Shown in pieces: positions 1-12,153 of a stretch of DNA of 64,000 nucleotides. Under the pieces are notes generated by a model. The model was given only the letters and a program-made list of their open reading frames with translations, had not been told where the DNA came from and did not search any database. How positions within the stretch are numbered: the stretch's first letter is position 1; every line of letters begins with the position of its first letter. Position numbers and translations under genes: made by a program. This DNA is from Calditrichia bacterium (lineage in GTDB: Bacteria; Calditrichota; Calditrichia; JAJRVZ01): NCBI GenBank assembly GCA_963796965.1, contig CAWCNS010000002.1:160001-224000 (forward strand), in the 5' to 3' direction.

Positions 1-97
1 TCATCATTTATAATTTATAATTACCTCTCAATTTGGTATATTCTTGGAAAATTATTATTAATTAGACGTGACAAATATTTTTTAAAAAGGATGGCGT

Positions 98-1123
98 ATG
101 GGCAGCGTAAAAGATTTAGAAGTTATCGAAAAACCACAAGAGAATAAATCCGGCATAGGCCGGTTTCAATTTTCAGACCGGTATTCAGTCTTTGATTGGG
201 GAGAAATGCCAGATCTTATAACAAACAAGGGTAAAGCACTCTGCATAATGGGGGCCTATTTTTTTGAAAAATTAAATCAAATGGGCATGCCTACACATTA
301 TCGGGGGCTAGTTGAGAATGGACAGGTAAAACAGTTAAATGAATTATCTGAACCCGTTGATACCATGGATGTTTCCCTTGTGCGTATATTGAGGCCCTTT
401 TCCGATGGTGATTCATACGACTATTCGATCTATACCAATAAATTAACAAATATTCTAATTCCACTTGAGGTGATTTACCGCAATGCATTGCCAGCTGGTT
501 CCAGTATTTTCAAACGTCTGGCAAATGGAAGCCTGACTTTGGGAGCAATCGGGTTAAATGAAATGCCAAAACCTAATGATGTTCTGGTAAACCCAATATT
601 GGACGCTTCAACAAAGCTGGAGGTTACCGACCGATATATGCCTTGGTTGGAGGCCCAATCGATCAGTGCACTCACAGATGATGAGTTAGAAGAGGTTAAA
701 CAGACCACCACTAAGATCAATAATCTGATAACAGAACATGTCTCAAGGGCTGGATTGATTAACGAAGATGGCAAAGTTGAGTATGGATTTGACCCTCAAC
801 GCCGCCTGATACTTGTAGACATTCTTGGAACACCAGATGAATGTCGATTTACTTACAATGGAATGCCCGTAAGCAAAGAAGTTGCCCGGATATATTACCG
901 TCAGACCGACTGGTACCAGGATGTGGAAAATGCTAAAAAAGAAGACCGGGCCAACTGGAAATCACTCGTTCCAGAACCACCTCCAAATCTCCCAACAAGA
1001 CTATTTGAGTTGATCTCTGAATTATATCAGAGCACCTGTAACGAAATCACTCAAAAACAATGGTTCCCCACACCTCCTCTCTCTGAAATATTAAATGAAA
1101 TGCAGGAACATTTAGAGCGATAA
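98..1123 (+). CDS. purC: SAICAR synthetase, long form
   Basis: FSDRYSVFDWG, IPLEVIYRN, STKLE, DGKVEYG and LVDILGTPDECRF motifs of SAICAR synthetase; 341 aa. Confidence 0.9.
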   Translation: MGSVKDLEVIEKPQENKSGIGRFQFSDRYSVFDWGEMPDLITNKGKALCIMGAYFFEKLNQMGMPTHYRGLVENGQVKQLNELSEPVDTMDVSLVRILRPFSDGDSYDYSIYTNKLTNILIPLEVIYRNALPAGSSIFKRLANGSLTLGAIGLNEMPKPNDVLVNPILDASTKLEVTDRYMPWLEAQSISALTDDELEEVKQTTTKINNLITEHVSRAGLINEDGKVEYGFDPQRRLILVDILGTPDECRFTYNGMPVSKEVARIYYRQTDWYQDVENAKKEDRANWKSLVPEPPPNLPTRLFELISELYQSTCNEITQKQWFPTPPLSEILNEMQEHLER

Positions 1124-1162
1124 TCTTGTTCTTTTAGTTAAATCTTTCTCTAAGGATAAATT

Positions 1163-1239
1163 AGCATAGCGCACAGCGCGCCGCGCAAAAGAAAACCTGG
1201 ATTTGTCTATTCCTTGCGCTCTGCACAAAGCACCATGCT
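1163..1239. repeat. Inverted pair of degenerate heptamer arms
   Basis: agcatagcgcacagcgcgccgcgca (1163-1187) and the roughly complementary tgcgctctgcacaaagcaccatgct (1215-1239). Confidence 0.55.
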
Positions 1240-1281
1240 TAAAATATATTTTTTTCCTCAGAAAAAAGGAGTTTAAATATT

Positions 1282-1488
1282 ATGTATTTGAAACAGGTGA
1301 AAATTCCCGGAATAAGCTGTGGCCATTGCGTCCGAACGATTGAATCCGAAATAGGAGCACTTGACAATGTTCTTTCAGTAAAGGCTGATGAACAAACCAA
1401 AACACTGGATGTATCCTGGGAGGACCCGCAGAATTGGGAAAATATAAAAGCCTTATTGGTAGAGATAAATTATCCACCTGAGAAATGA
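1282..1488 (+). CDS. copZ: Heavy-metal-associated (HMA) copper chaperone
   Basis: 68 aa, GISCGHC metal-binding motif, AGGAG upstream, adjacent to Cu-ATPase. Confidence 0.85.
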   Translation: MYLKQVKIPGISCGHCVRTIESEIGALDNVLSVKADEQTKTLDVSWEDPQNWENIKALLVEINYPPEK

Positions 1489-1746
1489 TACTCGGAACTG
1501 ATGTATTTTTCGGATATACCTGGTTACTTGAACATTGGATGTTCTCTGACGGATATTGATTATTTTCACCTCACAATTAGTTCAATATCCAATGCCCAAC
1601 AGTGAACAATCAACAGAAAAAATGTCCAAAGGACTTTATGAAAGATAATAATTGAAGGTGTATGACGTTGATAAGATAGATACACATGAATGTTGCTATC
1701 CAATTATGTTCAAATTTATTTTGAGTATTCATTTAAAATTATAAAT

Positions 1747-4230
1747 ATGTCAATCAAAACCATAAACATCCCCATAACTGGCATGACGTGTGCCAACTGT
1801 GCCCTTTCTGTAGAGCGATCATTAAAAAAAGTAACTGGTATTGAGGATGTGCAAGTAAATTTTGCTTCTGAGTCTGCTAAAATTGATTTTGATGATACAC
1901 AATCAGATCTTTCAATTATAGAATCCTCTGTTTCAAATGCTGGATATGGCATCACTACTTCTACTCTTGAACTTGCCATCACAGGTATGACCTGCACCAA
2001 TTGCGCCGCCACCGTAGAGCGGGTAGTAAATCGTCTCAATGGTATCCTCGAAGCAAATGTAAATTTTGCCAATGAAAAGGCTTATATAAAAGTTATTCCA
2101 GGACTTAGTGATAAAAAATTAATTGTCCAGGAGATCGAAAAGGCCGGCTATCAAGTAGTAAATTCTGATGATATAAGTATATCTGATGCCGATGCTGTTG
2201 ATCTATCCAGAAAAAATGAGATTAGGAGACAGACGCAGATATTCTGGACCGGTGTCTTTTTTACAGTTCCCTTATTTATTTTTAGCATGTCCCGGGATTT
2301 TCACTTGCTGGGAAATTGGGCCTATGCATGGTGGGTACCCTGGTTTATGTTGGTATTGGCGACACCTGTACAGTTTTATGTGGGTAAAGACTTTTATATT
2401 CATGGTTACAAATCTCTGAAGAACAAAACAGCAAATATGGATGTGCTCGTGGCAATGGGTTCTTCAGTAGCATATTTTTTCAGTTTGATCGTTACAATTG
2501 GATTGGCAACCGGGACATCATTGATGGGGGAACATGTATATTTTGAGACCTCTGCAATGATAATTACCTTAATTAAACTTGGAAAATTACTTGAGGTGCA
2601 GGCAAAGGGAAAAACCGGTACGGCTTTGAAAAAATTGATTGGACTTCAACCCAAAACAGCCCGGCTTATTACATCCAGTGGTGATCAGGATATTCCTATA
2701 GAAATGGTCAAACCTGGGGATATCTTACGAGTACGACCAGGTGAGAAGATACCGGTTGATGGGGAGATTGTTGGGGGACATTCCTCCGTAGATGAAAGTA
2801 TGCTGAGTGGAGAAAGTATGCCTGTAGAGAAAGATATAGATGCTCAGGTTACCGGGGCGACCATCAATTTACATGGTAGTTTAACAATCCGGGCAACAAA
2901 AGTCGGAGAAGAGACTGTTCTGGCCAATATAATAAAACTTGTTCAACAGGCCCAAGGTAGTAAACCTCCAATCCAGCGAATTGCTGATCAGGTTGCAGCC
3001 TATTTTGTGCCAATTGTTCTGGCTATTGCATTGGTCACCTTTATTATTTGGATGGTATCTGGGAATGGTCTTACCTCAGCATTGCTTCGCCTGACTGCTG
3101 TTCTGGTGATCGCTTGTCCCTGTGCCCTGGGATTAGCCACGCCAACCGCCATTATTGCCGGCATAGGGTTAGGAGCAAAAAATGGTCTCTTATTCAAAAA
3201 CAGTGAGACATTAGAACAGTTTAAGCATATCAAGTTTATGGTTTTTGACAAAACCGGTACAATTACATATGGGAAACCCCGGGTTACAGAGATCGAGACA
3301 ACCAATGATCTAAATAACAATCTACCCATTTTGCAACAGACTATCGAAAATCTGTTGCTAATAACAGCATCTATCGAAAGAGTTTCTGAGCATCCCCTGG
3401 CCAATGCCATTGTTGAGGAGGCATTAAGACGAGATATTACCTTAGGAACAGCCCATGATTTTATGTCCTTTCCAGGGAAGGGCGTAAAGGCACGCTTTGA
3501 GGATCAGGTAATTTTAATAGGTACAAAAAAGTATATGGCAGAAAACCAAATCGAAACTTCATTATTTGAATCTTCAGCTGAAAAATTAGAAAACCTTGCC
3601 CGCTCAGTTATCTGGATTGCCATCGAAGATCAGGTTAACGGTTTAATTGCCATTGCAGACACAGTAAGGGAAGAAGCAGCTACTGTTATTAAACAATTAA
3701 AGGATGATGGGCTAAACATCTCCATCATCAGTGGAGACAATAAAAAAACCACATCCCTCATCGCAGAGCAGGTAGGAATATCAGAGATCTTCGCTGAAAT
3801 ATTACCACAGGAGAAATCTCATCTTGTTCTCAAATTACAAAAGAAAGGTCTGGGATTGGTTTCTATGGTGGGCGACGGTATCAATGATGCACCAGCATTA
3901 GCACAAGCTGATGTAGGAATTGCTTTTAGTTCAGGAACCGATGTGGCAATGGAAGCGGCGGATCTAACTCTGATAAACAACAATCTTCATGGGATTAATA
4001 AAGCCTCGAAACTCAGCAGGGCCACTATGCGCATTATTAAACAAAATTTATTCTGGGCTTTCTTTTATAATATCATTCTTATTCCTATTGCTGCCGGGAT
4101 ATTATATCCTTTTAGTTATGCCCCGGAATTCCTTCGGCATCTTCATCCTGTATTGGCAGCCCTGGCCATGGCTTTTTCCAGTGTATCCGTTGTGCTAAAC
4201 AGTCTGCGACTGAAACGGGTGAAATTGTAG
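1747..4230 (+). CDS. copA: Cu(I)-translocating P1B-type ATPase
   Basis: Two GMTCxxC HMA domains, [33 protein letters not shown] and MAFSS motifs; start moved to ATG 1747 (MSIKTINIP). Confidence 0.95.
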   Translation: MSIKTINIPITGMTCANCALSVERSLKKVTGIEDVQVNFASESAKIDFDDTQSDLSIIESSVSNAGYGITTSTLELAITGMTCTNCAATVERVVNRLNGILEANVNFANEKAYIKVIPGLSDKKLIVQEIEKAGYQVVNSDDISISDADAVDLSRKNEIRRQTQIFWTGVFFTVPLFIFSMSRDFHLLGNWAYAWWVPWFMLVLATPVQFYVGKDFYIHGYKSLKNKTANMDVLVAMGSSVAYFFSLIVTIGLATGTSLMGEHVYFETSAMIITLIKLGKLLEVQAKGKTGTALKKLIGLQPKTARLITSSGDQDIPIEMVKPGDILRVRPGEKIPVDGEIVGGHSSVDESMLSGESMPVEKDIDAQVTGATINLHGSLTIRATKVGEETVLANIIKLVQQAQGSKPPIQRIADQVAAYFVPIVLAIALVTFIIWMVSGNGLTSALLRLTAVLVIACPCALGLATPTAIIAGIGLGAKNGLLFKNSETLEQFKHIKFMVFDKTGTITYGKPRVTEIETTNDLNNNLPILQQTIENLLLITASIERVSEHPLANAIVEEALRRDITLGTAHDFMSFPGKGVKARFEDQVILIGTKKYMAENQIETSLFESSAEKLENLARSVIWIAIEDQVNGLIAIADTVREEAATVIKQLKDDGLNISIISGDNKKTTSLIAEQVGISEIFAEILPQEKSHLVLKLQKKGLGLVSMVGDGINDAPALAQADVGIAFSSGTDVAMEAADLTLINNNLHGINKASKLSRATMRIIKQNLFWAFFYNIILIPIAAGILYPFSYAPEFLRHLHPVLAALAMAFSSVSVVLNSLRLKRVKL

Positions 4231-4432
4231 ATCGTAGAGGGTAGAGAGTGAAAGATGAAGCGTGAGGAGAGAAAAGAGAGTAGGAGCTTGTTAGTGACCG
4301 GCCACAAAAATAAACCACAATGGATGTAGGGACATACCCATGTCTACGCCCTGATTAGGCTCCAAATACTCCGGTGATGAAATGAAATAATATCCAATAT
4401 TCAAGTACAAGAAACCGAGTACCTGGAACCAA
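4231..4432. repeat. Composite repeat junction: heptamer arms after both convergent stops plus a REP-like remnant
   Basis: atcgtag agggtag agagtga aagatga agcgtga ggagaga directly after the copA stop; opposite-strand arm ggttcca ggtactc ggtttct tgtactt gaatatt ggatatt after the DUF3047 stop; gtagggaca...gccct near 4326. Confidence 0.6.
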
Positions 4433-4433
4433 C

Positions 4434-5156
4434 TCACTTCCCCACCGAAATAAAATCCAGATTGGCAATCGCAGATCCCCCCGTATTATCTGTATCACTC
4501 ATGATCGCCAGAGCTGCTTTTTCCGGACAGGCTCGGTTATAAATATGCTGAAAAACAGAATCAATTCTTATCCGATGTGTCACCCATTTTACACCGCTGT
4601 CCTTTTCCGTGGTCAAGGGAATTATCTTTACACGATCACTATGCGGATTATTAAAATATTTTTCATCATAGATTAAATTTGTCCAAACAAAGCATAAACT
4701 ACTCCCCGGCACCTCAAACCCATAAAACAATCTTATGGCTGAATTGCTCACAGATTCCCAAAATGAGAAATCTGCTGAATCATCATCAAATAGCACAAAT
4801 ATTCGCAAGGGATAATCATCGCCTGATTTTTCTCTACCATCAACATCACATTCAGCATGCTCAATTTGCCAGCGCCATTGCAGTTTGGGATATTCCCTGG
4901 CATTAAACCGCGTTTTGTGAATCAACCCAGATGCAGAAGAACGGCTAATAGCCTGGAGGTAGGAAAGGGTATCATTTAATATAATTTGATAATCAGTGGA
5001 TTTTGTTTTCCCTGAAAATTCAAAACTTTCCCAATTATGCAAATTATCAAAAGGCTCAAAAATGACAATTTGATCATTTAGTACCGGGAACAAATAAGAA
5101 TAGACTAAAAGAAATACATGTAAAAATATCATGGAAAAGTATACATAGGGAGTCAA
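4434..5156 (-). CDS. DUF3047-family protein
   Basis: N-terminal hydrophobic segment; YPKLQWRW, KSGDDYPLRIFVLF and AIMSDTDNTG motifs typical of DUF3047. Confidence 0.75.
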   Translation of the reverse strand: MTPYVYFSMIFLHVFLLVYSYLFPVLNDQIVIFEPFDNLHNWESFEFSGKTKSTDYQIILNDTLSYLQAISRSSASGLIHKTRFNAREYPKLQWRWQIEHAECDVDGREKSGDDYPLRIFVLFDDDSADFSFWESVSNSAIRLFYGFEVPGSSLCFVWTNLIYDEKYFNNPHSDRVKIIPLTTEKDSGVKWVTHRIRIDSVFQHIYNRACPEKAALAIMSDTDNTGGSAIANLDFISVGK

Positions 5157-5196
5157 TCAATTTCCAGGATGATATGATATTAGTGTATGTTAGATT

Positions 5197-6699
5197 TCAA
5201 TTCAGATTTTTTACCAGACCGGTCATTTGATTGAACTCATTGATAAATTGATCCCATTGATGATGTTGATTAAAGATTTTATCCCATATGTCCTGGTCAT
5301 CCCAGAGCTGGTTCAGGTCGTTTACATCTTTTGCTTGTTGCTCAATCCATGTATAATATTTTAGATTATGGATTGCCTTTTTATCCGGATAGGTTAATTC
5401 TTTTAGATACTCAGTTCCTGTCCCTTTTATGCATCTTTCTAAATCCTTTCCAGCCTGTTGGGTGCTATATTCTCCCCGAAGCAGATTTAACTCTACCAAT
5501 CGGGATTGGTACATTTCTGCGGAGTCGGTTGCTATAGTCACAATTACATCATCTTCTGTCATTTCGAAATATTTTGCAGTTTTTATAGAGGCCAGGATAT
5601 TAGCAATAGCCGAGATACCAAACAGAGAAAGATCCGAAATAATATTTTCAGGAATGTTTTCATTTTTTAATTCCTGATGTCCTTTCTCTTCATTGAATAA
5701 ACGTAGTAAGCGCATACAATCCTCATCGTCAATGGCAGATACAACATCCGTATTACGCACATTATGTATCCAGGGCACATGTTTGTCCCCAATACCCTCA
5801 ATCCGATGCCCGCCAAATCCATTCATCAACAAAGTCGGGCATTGCAAAGCTTCTGAAGCAATAATTTTAATCCGGGGATGAATGGTTCTCAGATAGTCAC
5901 CGGCTGCGATTGTTCCTGCTGACCCAGTAGAGGAAACATAGGCAGCCAAACGATTATTTTTATCCTTCAATTGATTAAACATTTCTTCGATTGCAGAGCC
6001 GGTGACGCTATAATGCCAAACACTATTGCCAAATTCATCAAACTGATTAAAAATAACGGCATCGGGACGATTTTTGCGGATTTCCCAACATTTATCATAT
6101 ATTTCTTTAACATTTGATTCACATCCGGGGGTCTTGATAATTTCAGCTCCGATATCTGCCAACCAGTCAAAGCGCTCCCGGCTCATTTCCTCTGGCAAAA
6201 TGGCGACAGCCTGACATCCCATGAGATAGGAATCGAAAGCACCACCACGACAGTAATTTCCAGTTGAGGGCCAGACCGCTTTATGATATGTCGGATCAAA
6301 TCGTCCCGTGACAATTCGTGGTGCCAAACATCCATAAGCGGCCCCTACTTTATGGGCCCCTGTTGGAAACCATTTTCCAATCATTACTAATATTCGTGTC
6401 TGGACTCCTGTTAATACTGGTGGTAATTCAACTACATTCACCTTTGAGAACAATCCTCCCTCACGAACAGGTTCGTTTTTCCAATTAATTCGAAATAAAT
6501 TAAGCGGATGCAGATCCCATAAACCAATGGAGGAGAGTTCACTTTTTATATTTTCCGGAATCTGCTGTGGTGAACGTAATTGGGAGAAGGTGGGTAAAAT
6601 AATTTTTCTTTCAGCAAAATGTTGTGCCGTTTTTTCTAAAACATTTTTATCATAGATTTGATCAACAATTTCTATCATATTCTGGTTCCCGGATATCAT
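5197..6699 (-). CDS. PLP-dependent fold-type II enzyme, long cysteine-synthase-like subfamily
   Basis: FPTGAHKVG (PLP lysine), PSTGNY, STGSAGT, HRIEGIG motifs. Confidence 0.8.
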   Translation of the reverse strand: MISGNQNMIEIVDQIYDKNVLEKTAQHFAERKIILPTFSQLRSPQQIPENIKSELSSIGLWDLHPLNLFRINWKNEPVREGGLFSKVNVVELPPVLTGVQTRILVMIGKWFPTGAHKVGAAYGCLAPRIVTGRFDPTYHKAVWPSTGNYCRGGAFDSYLMGCQAVAILPEEMSRERFDWLADIGAEIIKTPGCESNVKEIYDKCWEIRKNRPDAVIFNQFDEFGNSVWHYSVTGSAIEEMFNQLKDKNNRLAAYVSSTGSAGTIAAGDYLRTIHPRIKIIASEALQCPTLLMNGFGGHRIEGIGDKHVPWIHNVRNTDVVSAIDDEDCMRLLRLFNEEKGHQELKNENIPENIISDLSLFGISAIANILASIKTAKYFEMTEDDVIVTIATDSAEMYQSRLVELNLLRGEYSTQQAGKDLERCIKGTGTEYLKELTYPDKKAIHNLKYYTWIEQQAKDVNDLNQLWDDQDIWDKIFNQHHQWDQFINEFNQMTGLVKNLN

Positions 6700-7021
6700 A
6701 AGATTAAATAAATGTGATTTTTCTGCATATAAATGTAATATATCGGATTTTTGATGATTAATGCAAAAATTAGCCTCAAAGATTTAAATAATTTAAATCA
6801 TCGAGGAATAAATGCCCCCCCTAATCGCCTTATATATCTACCATATAGGACTCAGTTGATGGCCAGCAAATCTCACTGAATACGCTTAGTTTTAAGATAT
6901 GTCAGTTTATAGTAAGATATTACAATTATAAATTTTAATTTTCTAATACACTATTCATGAAACAATTTCCAATTTATTGAGAGATATTTTCTAATATTAA
7001 TCATATCAAGGAGTTATTAAA

Positions 7022-8927
<1,906 letters not shown>

Positions 8928-8941
8928 TACAGGAGAGTTAA

Positions 8942-9485
8942 TTGCGCGTATTTCCAGAAAATGCTGTCGGTCTGATAATAGACATTCAGGAAAAATTATT
9001 GCCCCATATGTACAATGCAGAAGTCCTGGAGGAAAATTGTAAAAAATTGATAACAGGACTTTCCATATTGGAAATTCCGATGATATGCTCCGGAGCAATA
9101 CCCAAAAGGACTTGGCCCGACAATAAAATCAATGCATAATTTAATCCCGGATCTGCAAGCAGTTGAAAAATTTTCTTTTAGTTGTTGCAGGGATGATAAT
9201 TTTCGAAAGGTCATGCGTGATATAGGAAAACGTATGATCATCATATGTGGGATGGAAGCGCATGTTTGTGTGCTGCAATCTGTAATTGATATGGTCGAGT
9301 TGGGATATCAGCCTGTAATCGTTGAGGATTGCATCTCTTCCCGACTGGAAAGTGATAAGAAAACCGCGATAAAGCGGATGATACAGGAGAAAGCAATTGT
9401 GACTTCCTATGAATCAATTTTATTTGAATTATGCCAGCAAGCAGGGACCGAAACGTTTAAAAAGATTTCACAGTTGGTGAAATGA
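8942..9485 (+). CDS. Isochorismatase-family (YcaC-like) hydrolase; apparent +1 frameshift near 9092
   Basis: IIDIQEKL, then EQYPKGLGPT after removing one base, FSC, GMEAHVCVLQS, ESILFEL. Confidence 0.85.
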
Positions 9486-9489
9486 TGTA

Positions 9490-9645
9490 AAAAGTGAGAC
9501 GAAAGACGTTAAACGTGAAACGCTAAAAAAGATTGATTCTGTAACATATGGAATTTCTCAATGATCTACCTAGACATTACAAGGAGTTGAAATTGGTTAA
9601 AGAATGTGGGATTCGCTTTGCGTCTATAGAGAATTAAAAGACAGT
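9490..9645 (+). pseudogene. Heptamer arm followed by a decayed 5' fragment of a four-helix-bundle (IVP-like) gene
   Basis: aaagtga gacgaaa gacgtta aacgtga aacgcta after the stop; then PRHYKELK / W-L-K-N-V-G-F-A-L-R-L across a frameshift, resembling the xYKELKxWQKS..FAL.xY start of this family. Confidence 0.45.
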
Positions 9646-9682
9646 ATAAGTGATTTATGATACCAGATTTAGGATTGATTCT

Positions 9683-9712
9683 AGTAATGGCCGCTCGCGA
9701 GCGGCCATTACT
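9683..9712. repeat. Perfect 30-bp palindrome with no loop
   Basis: agtaatggccgctcg|cgagcggccattact. Confidence 0.9.
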
Positions 9713-9769
9713 CGTATATCATAATTTCATGATTTTATTGTTGTATTTAAATATTTGATTATAAATACA

Positions 9770-9810
9770 AAAGAGGGCAAATCCTTTATTGGAATTGCCC
9801 TCTTTGTTTT
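9770..9810. terminator. Probable bidirectional intrinsic terminator
   Basis: aaagagggcaa...ttgccctcttt stem with A/T tails between convergent genes. Confidence 0.7.
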
Positions 9811-9881
9811 AATAGGAAATGGTAGTGGCCATTCACTTACGGCCACCACCATCGTGTGTTAAGATTCTACTACACTTCGAA

Positions 9882-10319
9882 TTATTTAACTTTTACTTCA
9901 ATTTCTTTTGGTTTAGCAATTTCTGCTTTTGGCAGATCAATACTCAAAACACCATCTTTGAAGTTAGCGTCGATTTTTTCAACAATTACGTCTGAGTGAA
10001 TTCTGAAAGCACGCTCAAATTTCCCATAACGTCTTTCATAATGATGATAGTTTTTCTTTTCTTCATTATCCTCGTATTTCTTTTCACCGGAAACATGCAA
10101 AACATCTTCCTTAAAAGAAATCTTCACATCTTCCTTGGACAAGCCAGGAAGTTCCATTTCCACATGGTACCCATTCTCATCTTCTGCTATATCCACAGCC
10201 GGATACCATCCCTCACGGTTACCTGCAAAGGTATGTCGTGGTGTGTTGAAAAAATCGTTAAATAATTCATCGCCCATATTAAAAAGTCCTGTTCTTGGGC
10301 TCCATTTTACTAAAGTCAT
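9882..10319 (-). CDS. Hsp20/alpha-crystallin small heat-shock protein
   Basis: PAVDIAE, ELPGL, ERRYGKFERAF, FKDGVLSIDLPK; AGGAGG RBS. Confidence 0.95.
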   Translation of the reverse strand: MTLVKWSPRTGLFNMGDELFNDFFNTPRHTFAGNREGWYPAVDIAEDENGYHVEMELPGLSKEDVKISFKEDVLHVSGEKKYEDNEEKKNYHHYERRYGKFERAFRIHSDVIVEKIDANFKDGVLSIDLPKAEIAKPKEIEVKVK

Positions 10320-10383
10320 GTCGACCTCCTTCTTTATTGGTTATGTTTCTGTTTTAATTAATTTCAATCTTGATTAAGTACTA

Positions 10384-10399
10384 TACAAACACCGTGCCA
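10384..10399 (-). promoter_or_regulatory. Sigma54-type -24/-12 promoter of hsp20
   Basis: Minus strand TGGCACG-GTGT-TTGTA, about 65 bp upstream of the start. Confidence 0.7.
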
Positions 10400-10470
10400 A
10401 AATATAAATTTTTACATAAATACATGTATATACTACACTTAAATAGCTGCAAATCCTTATTGTTAATACA

Positions 10471-10536
10471 TGACACAGACTGTCACGGTGGCGTTCTTAT
10501 GCGTCATTATGGCAGCAGCAGGTGGCATATATGCCA
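10471..10536. promoter_or_regulatory. Candidate upstream activator sites for hsp20
   Basis: Palindromes TGACA-N5-TGTCA (10471-10485) and TGGCA-N4-TGCCA (10523-10536), 70-140 bp upstream of the -24 box. Confidence 0.5.
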
Positions 10537-10783
10537 AATCCTGCAATTATTTCAGACATGCAATTCCATATTACACCTCTTTTAGACCCAAACTCGCTTA
10601 ATACAATTTATCCGAGATGCTGGTATTATTTAACTGTTTTAGCAGGGAAGATTCTCACAGGTTTGCAGTAGATTTTCACTTTACTTATCACCTTACCTAC
10701 AAGAAACGCAAAGGTAGGATAATGATTTTAATTGCGCCGTATAATTTCTTAAATTGAGAGATTCTCATTCTATATCTAATCCA

Positions 10784-12079
10784 ATGAATAAAAGAAAAAT
10801 ACTAATATTTTGGTTACCCTTGGCGGCAACCTGGCTCATGATGTCTTTCGAAGGGCCATTTTTGACTGCAATTATTGCCCGTTTGGCTGAACCAAAGTTT
10901 AATCTGGCTGCCTGGGGTGTTGCTTTTTCATTTGCTTTGATCATTGAAGCACCTATTATAATGATCATGAGTGCTTCAACCGCTCTGGTTGAGAACAGAA
11001 CATCCTACATTAAGTTGAGAAATTTTACAAATTTCATCAACGCTGCGATCACTCTAATAATGATATTTCTACTCATACCTGACATGTTTAATTATATTAC
11101 TATAAACTTAATCGGATTACCGGAAAGAGTCTCCCAGCTAACCCATATTGCCACAATTCTACTGCTACCATGGCCAGGTGCTATTGGTTTCAGACGATTC
11201 TATCAAGGAGTTTTAATAAGACATAACCTGACACGCAGAGTGGCCTATGGAACTGTTCTTAGATTGATCTCCATATCGCTTACAGCATTGCTGCTTTATT
11301 CACTCACAGACCTACCCGGAGTTTCTGTCGGTGCCATATCTCTTTCCACCGGGGTATTGATCGAAGCAGCTGCCAGCCGAATGATGGCTCATAAAACTGT
11401 CTCAATCCTGATGACCATAGATAACCATAGACAATCATTGTCTTATCGCAAAATATACCTATTTTATTATCCCCTCGCCTTAACCTCCTTACTGGCTTTA
11501 GGTGTTCACCCACTCGTAACATTTTTTATTGGGCATAGCCGCATGGCGCTAGAGTCATTCACTGTATTACCAGTGATAAATTCATTAGTTTTTATATTTC
11601 GAAGTATTGGCTTATCTTATCAGGAAGTTGGTATTGCTTTGATCGGCAAAAATTGGGAGGGATACAAAGCAGTTAAGGAGTTCGCCTTAGTACTTACAGG
11701 AAGTGTTGTCCTAATCTTGGGTGTAATCTCCTTTAGTCCATTGGCCCACTTGTGGTTTGGGTCTGTTTCCGGGCTCTCATCCGAATTAACAGAATTTGCT
11801 ATTTTGCCTCTTCAGATAATGGTTATTATGCCAGGACTATCGGTTCTTCTTTCGTATCAACGATCTATGCTGGTAGCCTCCAGGAATACGGGGCCGCTAA
11901 CCTGGGCTACGGCTCTTGAAGTGCTGGGTATTATTGTGGTTTTATTTATATCAACCTTGTATTTTAATATAATTGGTGCTGTGGGAGCATCTATGGCATT
12001 CATCGTTGGCCGTTTAGCAGCCAACATATATTTAATAAAACCAAACCTGGATCAGTACAAATCTCATTTTAATAAATAA
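10784..12079 (+). CDS. MATE/MOP-superfamily membrane transporter, ANKH-like
   Basis: About 12 hydrophobic segments in two repeated halves (FWLPLAATWL / FYYPLALTSL); start placed at ATG 10784. Confidence 0.65.
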   Translation: MNKRKILIFWLPLAATWLMMSFEGPFLTAIIARLAEPKFNLAAWGVAFSFALIIEAPIIMIMSASTALVENRTSYIKLRNFTNFINAAITLIMIFLLIPDMFNYITINLIGLPERVSQLTHIATILLLPWPGAIGFRRFYQGVLIRHNLTRRVAYGTVLRLISISLTALLLYSLTDLPGVSVGAISLSTGVLIEAAASRMMAHKTVSILMTIDNHRQSLSYRKIYLFYYPLALTSLLALGVHPLVTFFIGHSRMALESFTVLPVINSLVFIFRSIGLSYQEVGIALIGKNWEGYKAVKEFALVLTGSVVLILGVISFSPLAHLWFGSVSGLSSELTEFAILPLQIMVIMPGLSVLLSYQRSMLVASRNTGPLTWATALEVLGIIVVLFISTLYFNIIGAVGASMAFIVGRLAANIYLIKPNLDQYKSHFNK

Positions 12080-12119
12080 AAAAAGCGCCTAAAGTGACCT
12101 TACCTCACTATAGACGCCT
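12078..12119 (-). terminator. Intrinsic terminator after glnA
   Basis: Minus strand ggcgtctatagtga...tcactttaggcgc followed by a T run. Confidence 0.6.
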
Positions 12120-12153
12120 TTAGCTCTTCACTATTTTAATTTAGAATACATTG

